NCBI RefSeq assembly: GCF_009914755.1
Contig: NC_060934.1
Strand: one strand, 5' to 3'
DNA: 64,000 nucleotides
Source of the DNA: the human T2T-CHM13v2.0 reference genome, Homo sapiens
This document shows, in pieces, positions 1-12,298 of this stretch (the first letter of the stretch is position 1; each line of letters begins with the position of its first letter). Under the pieces are notes generated by a model that saw nothing but the letters and a program-made list of their open reading frames with translations, searched no databases and was not told the DNA's origin. The position numbers were made by a program, and so were the translations under genes.

Positions 1-1364
1 AACAGGAACATGGGGACTTTGGATCCTCATCCCCTAAAGTCGTTTTCAGGCCCCTGAACTACACCAACAGGAGGTGTGCAGGTTCCTAAAAGAAGAAGGG
101 GACTCCCCATTTCAGAAGAGCCCATGGAGAGGTGCCAGGGATCACAAAGACCATGGACGAGGGGGACCCCACCTTGCCATTTAACCTGGAATTGACTCCG
201 GTGCCAGAGAAGGGATTCGAATTTCCGATAAGCAGGATTTGATCATCGCTATGGACAGCAGTGGTTCAGAAGTTTTCCTGAGAGTTTTTGTTGGGGTTGT
301 CCTGTCCCTTCCCTGTCCTTTATATGGAGGGTGCTGGGTGAGATGACTTGTCCTTAGGTGTATGGCTCACAAGGCCACCAGGTGAGCTGGAGAAGATGGC
401 CACGTGATACCTGAGGGAGGGAGCCGCCCATCATGCAGATCAGGCCTTTGGGTTGGCTGTGGCAGCTGATGGCACTTGGGGATGGTGTCCCTGGAGGATG
501 TGAGGCGTGTGTCCGGTGGGTAGGAACAGCCTGTGTGAACGTCGGGCAGCTGAAAAAGTGGAGGCGGCAGAGGCTGCTCTGTCAGTGCCTGCCTCTTGCT
601 TCCTAACAGCACCCCTATTTTTATCTGGGACAGTGATGTGCCCAGCTGAGAGACTACATTTTCTGACCTTCACTGCAGCCAGGAGTAGTAAAGAAGATGG
701 ACGCATGAACCACTGCGAGGGGCTCTGTGGATGCTTTTTGCTGTGGAAAGTAGACTGTTGTGTCCTCCCCTTTCCTCCTTCCTGGCACCAGTGAGGTGAT
801 CCAAGGCCCTGTTTTCAGGCCACCATGGCTCTGAAAGCCTTTCGCAAGTGTATGTGTGGACCCTCTTCTCATGAGCACGTTCTCTCTCAGGAGATGCCCA
901 TTGTCCTGAAGTGCCTAGGATCTCCTGCAGGCCCACCCCTGGGCTTCCCTCCACACATCGTCTTCGTCTTATCTAAATCCTGGTTGGGTGCTGCATGAGG
1001 CTCAAGCTCGGGAGCCCTTCAGATGGGCCCAAAATGACAAAGGAGCACATTTGGTAACAGCAAGGTAGCAGGCTAGAGTCCAGCATCCTTGCCCCAGCAC
1101 AGAAGTCCTTTCCCTCCCTGCCCACAGTATTTGGGACCATCACCCCCAAGACTCTAGGTTGTAAGAGAGAACATTTTACCACTAAAGACCAAGACCCAGA
1201 CCCTGGCTGAGTCAGACCTTCCATCTGAGAGAAGGGCAGAGCCAGTTGCTGAACATGTAAGATGTTTCTCCAGCCGTGATGCTGGGAGCTGAGAGAAACA
1301 CTTTCCTAGGCAATGTGGTAACAAAGAGAGCCAGAAACCTCCATTTCCCTCCAAGGTGCCCCAC

Positions 1365-1470
1365 CCATTCATTCCTTTACTCCAGTAGCTTTACCAGAAC
1401 ATTTTGTGCTGGGCACCAGTCTAGGTCCTGGGCACAAGGAGAAGTCAAATACTGCCCCATCCCAGTTCTT
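1365..1470 (-). mobile_element. L2 LINE 3' fragment
   Basis: cattcattc...tgtgctgggcaccagtctaggtcctgggcaca resembles the reverse of the L2 3' end. Confidence 0.55.
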
Positions 1471-1559
1471 TGAAAAACAGCAGCAAAGGGAGCATAACTG
1501 GTAAGTCTAAGCAAGGAAGTCAACAGGCACAGGGAAGAATTGTACAAACACAGACAATT

Positions 1560-1670
1560 AGGAATGAGATTATTTTTAGAAGTAAAAGAGAAAACTATAA
1601 CTCTATGTTAACAAATTTGTATATCATAATAAAAAGGAAGAATTCACAGGAAAAAATAAACTTCCAAAAT
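1560..1670 (+). mobile_element. Ancient L1M ORF2 fragment
   Basis: aactctatgttaacaaattt...aattcacaggaaaaaataaacttccaaaa resembles L1 ORF2 (ctctatgccaacaaattt...aaattcctagaaaaatacaacttaccaaaa). Confidence 0.5.
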
Positions 1671-1698
1671 ATATGTATATTTTTGATATATATGTATT

Positions 1699-2069
1699 TG
1701 TTGTGATCTGAATTTTTATGTCCCTCCAAAATGCAGATGTTGAAATCTAATCCCCAGTGTGTTGGTATTAGTTGGAGCCTTTGGGCTCCAACTGATTCGG
1801 TTGTGATTCGGTTATGAGGGTAGAGTCCTCGTGAATGAGGTTAGTGCCCTTATGAAATAGGCTTGAGGGAGTTGGCCTCCCTTTCCACCATGTGAGGACA
1901 CATAGAAGGCGCTATCTATAACAAACAGGCCCTCACCGGACACCAAATATGCCAGTGCCTGGATCTTGGAGTTCCCAGCCTCTGGAACTGTGAAAAAATC
2001 TATGTTGTTTAAAAATCAACTAATACTATATAAGGAATTTGGTTATAGCAGCTAGAACAGACTTAGACA
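1699..2069 (+). mobile_element. MaLR solo LTR, MLT1A-type
   Basis: TG...CA termini; gtccctccaaaat..tgttgaaatctaatcccc, ccatgtgaggacaca, gatcttggagttcccagcctctggaactgtga and gttatagcagc..gacttagaca motifs. Confidence 0.9.
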
Positions 2070-3064
2070 GTTCTGGATGCCTAATGCACAATTGTCAACT
2101 TTAGGGGTGTTACAGATTTATAGTGTTATAGATTTAGACGTCCTGAGTTCAAATTTCAAGTCCATCAGTTTGACTTCCAGCCAATGAGATCACTTCCCTG
2201 AGTCTGGGCTTTTTTGCTACAAAGGCGGGGCAGTAAGAATGTTCCCCAACTTCTCCCAGTCTGTAGGCCCTGGCTCTATCCCCCAGAGGACTTCACTCCT
2301 CCTCTTTGCGGTTTTGGAAAAAGCCAACTAAATCCTTTCTATCAACTTAAATAAAAGGTGTATTAATTTTAGGTGAAAAGGTGAAATGCTTTATAAAGCA
2401 CGACACTCTGCACAGTATGTGGATGGGCTGAAGATACATTTCCATGGTCACAGGGCAGGCTCTCAGGGGTTCCCTGCGGCCCATACAGTGAAGAGCAGGG
2501 ATTCAGAGGCCAGGCTGGTCAGGCAGCTGCCTTGGGTCCCAGTCATTTTGTGAGGGTAAGTTTTGACATTCTGTAGAACCTGAAAGCTGCCTCTCAAAAC
2601 AGTGCCTCGCTCCAGCGTGTTGGTGGGCCACATCTCCTCTCAATGGTCAGAAGCCCGGGCGGGGATTCTGCTGGAGGCTGAACTCAGGCCCAGGGAATGG
2701 GAAGTGGGAGCAACTGGCAGTTGCTGCCAATGGGGACCTTCTCCATCTTCTGCTGAGACAACTCCCCACCATCCACTTGAACTAAGGACATTGTTTCTTC
2801 TATTGCAAAGAACAACTCTCTGGGCAAAGGAAAGGAAGGCTATGCCATATCCCTTTCATACTCTCACAGCAGCAGGTTGCAGGAAAGGGAGGCCCATGAC
2901 CATCTTGCTAGCTGCCAAAAGGTTTTTGCTAAAATTCAGTTTTAGCTCCTACTACAAGAACATGGGATGGGAAGTAACTTTCTCATGTAATTAGCAATAT
3001 TTATCTAGAAACATCAGCCCAAATCACCTCACAGTCAAATATTAGAACACTCTCCAAATTGGGT

Positions 3065-3420
3065 ATCAGGATGGCTGCAGGCTGGGCTCCCTGGAAGGAA
3101 AATCTGATACCAAGATTCAAGACAGGAGATCTCCTGGGGATGCTCTCAGATCAGCAACTGTGAAAGGAACAGAAGCAGAGGGAGAAATGTGGCTTCATGC
3201 AGTTGCAACAGCGGCCTTGCTGATTCCCCAGAGAGCTCTAAAGCTGGATAGCCCCACAGCATTGGCAGGCGAGGTGAGGAGACAGGACTTCATACCCTGC
3301 ATTGGCCAATCACTGGACATGAGTTTCCCGGAAGAGGTTGAGTGAGGGCCAAGGTGACTCTCAAGGTAGTCTTTTAGCTGAAACCATTCTGTGATGGCCA
3401 GCACAGGGGGCTGACTGCCA
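3065..3420 (-). mobile_element. ERVL LTR16-family LTR fragment
   Basis: caggctgggctccctggaag...gcagagggagaa...atgcagttgcaacagcggcc...gagctctaaagctgg resembles reverse LTR16A/C. Confidence 0.65.
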
Positions 3421-3810
3421 GTAGCTCCCTCAGTAGCTTGGAGCTTTTGGTCCTGATGGTGATAAAGGTGGTGGTGGTGGGAGCATTACAGTAGCCACTC
3501 CAGTGCTGTGCATCACATCCCTCTCATGGGTGTATATGATGTAAGGAAGCTTGCTTAATATTGTTTAATCCAACCTTTCACAAATATATTTTAATCACAC
3601 CACATCCCTTTCTTTTCAGCAGAATGTCACAGCTCAGGCGTGTAAAGCTGTGAGGAAGAGCGTTTGGGGGTGCTCTTTAGAGGCCACCCTGGTTCCTTGG
3701 GTGCTGTCTCTGAAGGTTCTGCTCCTCCTGTACCCAGCCCCACTTCTGAACCCTTTCCGGTTGGCAGGAGGGTCTAGAAAGACTTCCACCTCTCGGCCAT
3801 CGAACCTGAA

Positions 3811-3850
3811 ACAAAGACTCTTAAGAACAGACAAAGACTCTAAAGAACAG
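3811..3850. repeat. 20-bp tandem duplication (2 copies, 1 mismatch)
   Basis: acaaagactcttaagaacag / acaaagactctaaagaacag. Confidence 0.95.
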
Positions 3851-4486
3851 GCAAAGTCACTGTGCAGAGATGCCTGAGACTCTCTCTGCCCTGGGGAAGA
3901 CTTAATGGCAGCGTGCAGCTCACACTCATGTCACTGTGGACACCTGTGGCCTCCTCATCCCTATAGAGATCAGCCCTAAGTTGCTGCCTGGCTTCCATCC
4001 ACTGGCCCTGCATTGCTAATGTCTACCTAAAATCTCCCTGCTGAAATTCCTGCCTCTCCAGACCAAACACCTTTGGGATGGTCAGTTTCTTGTCTTTGGG
4101 GTACATTTTGGCTCCTCCAGAATCAAAGGGGCCTTGCAGTAAGAAGACATCCTTTAGCTCTAATGTTCCTCTCTATTCTTGCCATCAAAATAAGGAGGAA
4201 GGAGGAGAGAGCATGTCACAGCCTTTCATCACTCCCACCAGAAGGCTGCATTCAGGCCAACTGAGGAGGGCTCCTTCTGGAGCCAAAGAGGGGAAGGAGA
4301 GGAGAGGTGTTTGTAGGAGAGTCACTGTGGAAGACAAGGATGGTGCAACCCCTCTGCGTCTCCATTTCCCAGGATGGTATTTCAGTGGACTCCAAAATTC
4401 CCTTCCTGGGGCACCTGGAAGAAAAGGGCCCCCATATCTCCATCCATTCTGTTCCTTCCCTCTTTCTCTTTATTTGAAAAGAGTTG

Positions 4487-4660
4487 GTGTGCTATGGATG
4501 AAAGAGTGAGTTTTAGAACCAGGCACAGAGACCTTGGTCCAATCCCATCTTTGCCACGGAGATGTCCTAGAACTTTCTGAGACTCGGTTTTTCAATCTGC
4601 AAAATCACAATAGCAAAAACATCTCCCTTGGATGATAGTCTTGATGATGAAACAAAATGA
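4487..4660 (+). mobile_element. MIR SINE
   Basis: gaccttggtccaatcccatctttgccac and ctcggtttttcaatctgcaaaat (MIR core). Confidence 0.6.
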
Positions 4661-4937
4661 CATTTTCAATTTAATTTAGGGCAAAATCACAATGACATAT
4701 GTCTTTTTTTTTTTTGATTAAGAGACAGCCAAGCTCCTGGCATATGAATTTCTCCTTTTAGCAAAAACTATTTATTTACATTTTCATCATTTATTTGTGT
4801 TTTTCCTTTCTCTAAGAAATTAGTACAAATCTTCACCAGATTAAAATTATTCAAACATATTTATAGAAAGGAATCCTGATTTCTTCATGGCTGTAAAATA
4901 ACTTTAGCTCTGTTTCACATAATAATTTTTATTCATG

Positions 4938-5260
4938 TTTAATAGCTTTTTTGAGGTATAGTAGACATACAATAAACTGCTCATTTAAAATGCACAATTT
5001 TTAACATTGTGACACATATGAAATCACCACCACATCAAGATAACAAAGACATCCATCATTTCCTAGTTTCCTTGCACCCGTATATAATCCTTTTCTCCCA
5101 CCCTTATGCCCCCATCCTCAGGCAAACATTGATCTGTTTTGTTACTATTCACTAGTTTGCATTTTCTGGAGTTTTCTATGGATGGATGAGTGTACACTCT
5201 TTTTATTAAGATTCATTCATGTTGCTGTATATATCAATAGTTCATTCCTTTTTTATTACT
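4938..5260 (-). mobile_element. L1M (L1MB/ME-type) 3' UTR fragment
   Basis: gcttttttgaggtatag..acatacaataaactgc, caggcaaacattgatctg, agattcattcatgttgctgtatatatcaatagttcattcc. Confidence 0.8.
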
Positions 5261-5384
5261 CTTACATCACACTTTGATGCATAAGATAAATACTATGAGA
5301 AATATAGCAATTACATTTTTTTCTGGAAAGTCAGAATGTTATAGGAAACATTCTGGACACAACTTCAAAAATTTTTAGTTGAAA

Positions 5385-5480
5385 TGTTCCAGCTGTAACC
5401 ATGAACACATCATTAACCCTCCCTAGGCCTCAGTTTCCTCTCCTGGGGGATGGGAGAGAATCATGACAGCACCTCCTCAG
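5385..5480 (+). mobile_element. MIR SINE core
   Basis: aaccctccctaggcctcagtttcctctcctg. Confidence 0.6.
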
Positions 5481-6084
5481 CTGTGTTCACCAGAGCTTTC
5501 GTCACTGACTTGAGAAGTCCAGTTTCCCAGGCCTGTGTCTGTCTGCATGTCTGAATGGCTTATGGACTGATACTTCTATCAGCTCTGGCTCCATGGGGAG
5601 TGGTGATGGCTGAGGTCTGACAGGGGCCAGGCAGTGCTAGATGAAGGGAGAGGGGCCCTTCATTTGGGTGAGCTGCCGGAGTGGGAGGCACTGTGTCTTG
5701 CTTCTGATGGAGTGTCTGAGAAGCAGGTCCAAGAGGCGCTGCTTCAGGACCCGCCTCAGATTAGCACAGGTCCCCACACTGGGAGCAGAGGGCATGATTT
5801 CTGGAGTGATCTCAGAGGTGCTGCAGCTGGAAAACTGATTACCAAGTGAGAAGGATGTTTAATGGAGATGGTGGTGAAGTGACACTAACAGGAAGCTGTA
5901 CTCCTGATTCTCAGCAGAAATAAGATTTGGGGGAAAGCAGGAAAGTTATTCACATCCCTCTGAGAAGGGGAGGAAGGCATTAGGTATTTGGCCAAACAGG
6001 CCCTTCCTCCTAGCAAAGTTAAGTTAGGGAAACTTGAGGAACTTGCAGACAGGGGTGGCACTCTTCCCAGCTGAGGACAGAACT

Positions 6085-6622
6085 TGTGGCAGATTGTATT
6101 TTTCAAAGATGGCCCTAACAGTATCTTCTGTCCCACGTGCCTTTCCACAATCTTACCACTTCCCTCATCTAGAAGTGGCACCTATGACCTCTCCCCTGGA
6201 ACCAGGCCTGGGTGACTGCTTTGAGTAATAGAATATGGAGGAAGTGACACCATGTGACATCCAAGGCTAGGCTGGGTCATAATATTGTCATGCATTTCTG
6301 CTAGGTTCTCTGGGGACAGTTACTTTTGGAGCCCTACCACCACACTGTGAGAAAGCCCCAGCAGCCTGTGGAGGGGCCTACGTGTGGAAGAACTGATCCC
6401 AAGTGCCCAGCCCCAGCTGAACTCCTGGTCCACAGCCAGTGGCCACTTGCCAGCCAAGTGAACGAGCCAGCCTGGAAGTAGACCCTCCAACCCAACGTAT
6501 GCCACATAAGGCACAGATAAGCCACATTGTCTGACTTTCAGATTCATAAGCAAAATAAGTATTGTTTTAAGCCACTAATGCCTTGGAGTAATTTTCTTAT
6601 GCAGCAATAGAAAACTCATACA
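6085..6622 (+). mobile_element. MaLR solo LTR, MLT1G/H-type
   Basis: tgtggcagattgtatttttcaaagatggcc start; tgttttaagccacta...ttatgcagcaatagaaaactcataca end. Confidence 0.85.
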
Positions 6623-7074
6623 AAGCTCATCTAGGAAAAAGGTTAAAGTTGAGGACAGCATTTAATAGCAGACACAAGTCCATATGGGGACAGGCCAGCC
6701 TTAGCCTGTACTGTCACATGGTAGCCTCCAACACTGAGCAAGGGTGTCCCACCATCCTGGCCAGTCTAAGGCATTAAAGGATAACATTAAGAACTGCCCG
6801 TCCCCTCTTGGACATCCAAGTTAAAAAAAAATTATAATAACACCTCTGATAGCAGCACATTTTTGGAATGACTGAAAGAGTTTTTGTCATAATATTATTT
6901 ATGAGTTGTGGGATTCACTGAGAGTTCCAGATAACTCCTCTGCAATGCCCACGGCCTGCTCTGTCATCTAGGTTTATAAACCTCTTTCTCTGCAGTTTGC
7001 AGGATGAACCAGGCTGCACAGAGTGTTTAATGAGATCTAACCAAAGGTTTCAAAAACCTGTGTATTATTTTGCT

Positions 7075-7190
7075 GCATTTTATAGATGAAGAGACTGAAT
7101 GTTCTAAAGATAAAGTCCATTGAGCCAGTAACTGTAAGAGCAAGACAGGAAGCTAGTTCTCTCTGTCTCAGAGTCTGACACTCTTTACAA
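7075..7190 (-). mobile_element. MIR SINE
   Basis: cattttatagatgaagagactga reverse core. Confidence 0.55.
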
Positions 7191-7336
7191 AGCCAAGGAG
7201 TAATTTTTACCTTAAATTGAGGATTTATACTATTTCACTTAATTGAGTGATCAGAATAAGAGCATGCATCTTTTACTCCCCCTTCTCTCTCTTTTTTCAC
7301 TTTAATATATCATAGGCAGTCATTTCTTTTTCCCAG

Positions 7337-7691
7337 TTTTTAAATTATAAAATATACATAACATAAAATTGACTTTCTCAACCATTTTAAGTGAACAATT
7401 CAGTGGCATTAAGTACATTCTTGTTGCTGTGCAACCTTCACTACTGTCCATCTCCAGAACTCTTCATCTTGCAAAACTGAAGCTCTGAACCCATTAAACA
7501 GTCAGTTCGCATTCCTGCCTCTCCCCAGGCCCTGGCAACCACCATTAGCCTTCCTGTCTCTATAATTTTAACTCCCCTAGGACCCTCATATAAGTGGAAT
7601 CATGCAGAATTGACCTTTTCTGACTAGCTTATTTCACTAAGCATGATGTCCTCAAGGTTCATCCATGTGGTGGCCTGTGTCAGATTTCCTT
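7337..7691 (-). mobile_element. L1MB-type 3' end
   Basis: aaaatatacataacataaaatt..accattttaagtg..cagtggcattaagtacattc, ccccaggccctggcaaccacc, cctcatataagtggaatcat. Confidence 0.9.
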
Positions 7692-8625
7692 ACTCAAAAA
7701 ACAGCCATTTCTTTCTGTCCAAATACAACATCTTGTTCTTTAAATTCTCCAACAAATGAATGTATCCCCATTCTCGGCTTAATGTATGAGACTGGGTTTC
7801 TCTTAACAAGAAATAGGGGTGGAGGAAGGACATGGCCCCCAGGAGTTCCCTGCTTCTGTCCCCAGGGGTTAAACACACCCTTCAGCTCCGGAAGACCACA
7901 GCTCAGCATAGCCCCCTCTGGGGAGCTCTCTCCCAACTGGGTTGGGCTAGGAGCTTCTTTATACCCTGGGAGACCAGAGCTTCTTTAATCCTACACCACA
8001 TCACTCTCTATCATTGATTGGATCATGAGAGTAAAGGGAGTTTCTTCATTGATTCTGAGTTCCAGGAACTCACACACCGTAGAGTCCTCTGTAAGCATCT
8101 GCACCTGAATGAGTAGCTTCATGAACACATGCAGGCACCAGAAGGCACATGAGTTCGTGTAAAACCTGGTCAGTTCATAACAGTTACCACAAGGGATTGG
8201 CAATGGGGGAAATATAAATGGATGAAATGTTTATAATGAACTCCTATTGAGTTCATAGCAGAGATTATAAAATTATTTTAAAGACTTTCAAGTCAGTAAG
8301 CTGTGACTTTAACCAAGCTGCATGTGTCAGCAAAGCACATGTCCCAGTCAGAAGGGCAGCGAGCATCCACACTGTGCTGGCTACATCACGCCCTGTCCTG
8401 ATTCATTCCTCCCAAGAATCCGCATGCATAGGCTCTGCTGCTGTTCTCATTTACAGGTTAGGAAATGTGTCCTGCGCAGTTGAGTAACTTCTCTGCAGTC
8501 TCACTGGCCTTCCTAGAACTTGAATCCATGTAGCCAGCTGCAATGGAGAAGCCCAACCAGGGAGGCCCAGACAGGAAGTATCTCAGGGGACAAAGCTGGC
8601 ATTCTACTTCTTTGTGCCACCTGGG

Positions 8626-8775
8626 CAGTGCTTCTCACCCTTCACAGTGCTCACAAATCCCCTGGGGGTTTTATTCAGCAGCTCTGCACAGGACTGGGGG
8701 TCTGCAGTCTAACAAGCTTCAGCCGCTGCTCAGGCTGCTGGCCCATGGGCCACACCTGGAGCCGAGAATGCTGGG
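8626..8775. mobile_element. MER5-type hAT-Charlie DNA transposon remnant
   Basis: cagtgcttctca...aatcccctgggg...tctgcagtctaacaagct...gctgctggcccatgggccacacctggag. Confidence 0.6.
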
Positions 8776-9149
8776 AAACAGATGGTGCTGGCCATGCGTC
8801 ACCACCTGGGAGGTTCCTGGGGCAGATGTAAATTCAGACCCAGGATGCAGAAGCATTGGCTGTTTTGGCAACTTTCTGACTTTACATTGGTTTCCTGTGT
8901 ATTATCAAATTATCAGATGGGGACGGGTTGATGCATCCCTTTACTAAAGCTGGGGCATAATGACTCTGCCCCTGAAGCCAGAGCCACTCAGCATGGCTGG
9001 GACTAACCCACCAGCCATCTCAGGAGACAGACCTGGCCTTCTGTGGTCCCCGTGTCACCACACCTGTCCCATTTGGAACATCGGCAGAAGGAGAGCAGAG
9101 CCACCTTCAGAGGTGGGCACAGCTGAGTTAACAGGCCTGCTCTCCATCC

Positions 9150-9285
9150 TTGACTAGCTGTGAACCTCAAGGAAGTCCCTCCTCCTGTGGACATGATTTC
9201 CCTATTTGAGAAATGGGGCAGTGATAACACCTCACAGGTCCTTGAGATGACGTAAGTACAGCCAAGTTGCTTAACAGAATGGATG
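9150..9285 (+). mobile_element. MIR SINE
   Basis: actagctgtgaacct..gaaatggggcagtgataacacctcacagg. Confidence 0.6.
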
Positions 9286-10264
9286 CAGACTACACCTGTC
9301 TAAGGCAGGAACAAGAGACACTACTTGGGAATCTATGGATTTCATTTAAACAAGCTTTAGAAATGAGAGTGCAAGGCCTTGTTGGCTGGAGATGCAGCTG
9401 GCTGGGCGATCCTACAGAAATGACTTATGAGCCAAGATATATGGACTGAACATGCAGTTTTCTCCACCTAGCACAAAACACTGTTCTATTTCACACTTGT
9501 ATGCACAGCGGAGTCAGAAACCAGAGCCCCCCGCATGTTTTATAGACTCCCCTTACTCTTGAAATTGGCATCATAAAAAGAATTTTCTGGGTCCCAAATG
9601 TGTCTTTCTCCTGTAGCCACAATTCTCCAGCTCCTCAGCAGAACATCTGTAAAGCCCGGTGTCATATGTCATGTTCCCTGATGCTTCCTGTGACCGGCAT
9701 CCAGCAGGATCTGTGGGCTCCCCTGTGAGTGTCCCAGGCCAAGCCTCTCTGCTCCCCATCTCTGTGCTGACCTCTCTTCCAAGCTCCTGCCCTCTAATGG
9801 GCTCTTTGTCCCAACCTGAGTTCCCTGGGTTCTGCCTGCTTGGAATAATGGGAGATTTGATCAATCTATGGCCGCTGATGTCCACCTCTGTCCCCATCCC
9901 CACTCTGTGAGTGGGGTTGAGTCACGGATTTTGCTTTTTATGAAGTGTAGTTATTCTCAGTAAACTTTTTAACCATGCCTCTGTCATTTGAAAGCACTTT
10001 TGTTCAGGATATGTGGACTGGTTTATGGAGGTTTTCTTGTGGTTAAACTGTGTGATTTTTGTATATACTTAATTCGAAGGCTAATGTCACAAGGAAGCCA
10101 GAAGCTAGGCAGAGATTTTCTTTTTCTTGCTGCCTTCAACATGAAATCAAAGTGATTTAGTTGTTGTTTAAGACCAGGTGGGAAAGCCTGAGCATGGAGC
10201 TTCCCTTGGAGGGACCAAGGCCACAGGGCCCCAAGTGGGTTGATGGCACTCACAGCAGCAGACC

Positions 10265-10455
10265 ACCACTCTGTGCTGGGCACTGTCTGGGCAAACCTGC
10301 TTTGTCTCCTATGTCTCCTTTATCATCACACAAACTCTGCATATGCTATCTTCCTTTTTCAACTGATGAGGAAACCGCCCAAAGATGTTAATAAAGTGCC
10401 TGAGCCTTTATTGTTGGTGGGGTTGGGAATCAAGCCCAGTCCTTCTGATTCTTCT
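10265..10455 (-). mobile_element. MIR SINE
   Basis: tgtgctgggcactgt...gatgaggaaac...gggaatcaagcccagtccttctgattc. Confidence 0.6.
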
Positions 10456-10639
10456 CCTGGCACCCCCAGGACCAGCCTCAGCTCCCACACAAAGTCCTCC
10501 AAGTGATGCTCTTGGGGTAGGTGCTTCCCTCTGGACACAAGCAAATTTAAGTCCAGCTCCAGGACTAACAGACTCTGATAGTGGAGAGTTCCTTCCCTCC
10601 CCAGGCCTTGGTTTTCTTGTTTTCTCATTCAAACCATAG

Positions 10640-10958
10640 AGTTCGTGGGTTGGAAACTTAATCCCCAATACAATAGTGTTGCAAGTGGAACCCTGAAGAA
10701 GTGATTAGGTCATGGGGGCTCTGCTCTCCTGAATGGATTCGTGTCCTTATTGTGGGAGTGGGTTGTTACAAAAGCGAGTTTGGCTCCTCTTGCCCTTCTG
10801 CCTTTCACCATGGAATGATACAGCAAGAAGTCCTTTTCCAAATGTGGGCCCCTTGATCTTGGACTTCCCAGTCTGCAGACCTGTAAGAAATAACTCTGCT
10901 CTTTATAAATTACCCACTCTGTGTATTCTGTTATAGCAGCACAAAACAGACTAAGCCA
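10640..10958 (+). mobile_element. MaLR LTR, MSTC/MSTD-type
   Basis: gttggaaacttaatccccaat, gtgattaggtcatg, gatcttggacttcccag, tataaattaccca..tattctgttatagcagcacaaaacagactaag. Confidence 0.85.
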
Positions 10959-12199
10959 GGTTCTTGCAGGCCTCAAGGAGATGGGACATAGTCTGCTCCA
11001 GGGGGCTTTCTGGCTCTGTCCTCATGTCCAGCCTAAGAGAAGTCAGAGTTGGCTGACTGTGGCTTCTCTTCATGCCAGTGCCCAGAGCAGCCCATCACCC
11101 TCCAGGAACCTTGCTGACCCTGGACTCCCAAGAGTTGTCGTTTGAAGCCAAATGCCTTCACAGTCTTTCTATAAACCAGTTAGCCATTGCAAGCGTGAGC
11201 CATAAAATGCTGCTTCCTTTTCCTTTCCTGTAGATTCTAGGGGATTTTTGTCTAAATGGAAAACATGGCAAATAGTATAAATAGTATAACCTACAAGCTT
11301 GATCTGCTTAAAATAAAATTCAGGAGATTGAGCTCAGCTGGCTCTGGGCCCATAGCTCTTTTTAGAGTGTTTTGAAAAATGCATTAGATTCAGCAAAAAC
11401 CCTTCCCTACAGGCTTCCTCTTAATTTTTAACCCCTTTTGTGTATCAAGGAAAATGCAAGCCTTTTGTTTCCAATCCATTTACACCTTAAGTCACTGCAG
11501 TTGTTCTATAAAAGTGATTGAATGTTCTGATGGTTCCTTTCTCAGGGCAGGAGGCTGTACTGAAGTTAGAATGAGCAATCTCTGATGTCCCAAGGTCTGA
11601 CAAAGAGTTAGAACCCCAAATGGAAGGCTTGGCTGAGGAGTGCCTTCTTTGGCTAATACTATATTTTGGTTCTTTTAGATTCCATGTTCCTTTAAAGAAA
11701 TTATTGGGTGTCACTGATTTATTCTTTCAAAAAGCCATCTTAAAGTCAAATTACCTACACAATTCAACTGAGGCACACAGGCACTTTCGCAGTGAAATCA
11801 GAAACCTGGAAAATCCCCCTAGCTTTGTGTTTCTAGGTGGGTTCAGAATTGGATCAGAAGACAGGGCAGGACTGGGCAGTACCTTTGACTTTGTCTGCAG
11901 CTTCTGGAGGTGCAGATGTCTTGTGTATTGCTGAGATGATTCTCAGCCTAGTTGGAAGCAATCAGATGAATGGGAGAAGCTTTTCTAGGAAAGGACCTGG
12001 TGTCCTAGGGGTGGAGGTGAATACCATAGACACAGTAGGGACTCAGTGAGTTGATTCAGAGTTGTTGGTTTGTGCCTTGGGCTCTCTGAATGATTGGCTT
12101 CAGGTTTGGCTTTGGTTTTATTCTCACATATGAATCGCCTCTTCTTTCCAGTCTTCCTTTGTGGATGAAACCAACTGATCTATGACTCCAAAAGGCTCT

Positions 12200-12298
12200 T
12201 CGGGACCTTGTTCATATTGTTCCCTGTTGAATCCACCATAGAACCTGGAATATGGTTGGTGGTCAGTTACATGGTTGTCAAAAGAAAGAATGAAGGAA
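12200..12298 (+). mobile_element. L2 3' end fragment
   Basis: tagaacctggaatatggttggtggtcagttacatggttg..aagaatgaa resembles the L2 terminus. Confidence 0.5.

Noticed and set aside
373-390. CTCF-like motif ggccaccaggtgagctg
   Set aside because: Lacks the GGC core end; such partial matches are expected by chance in 64 kb.
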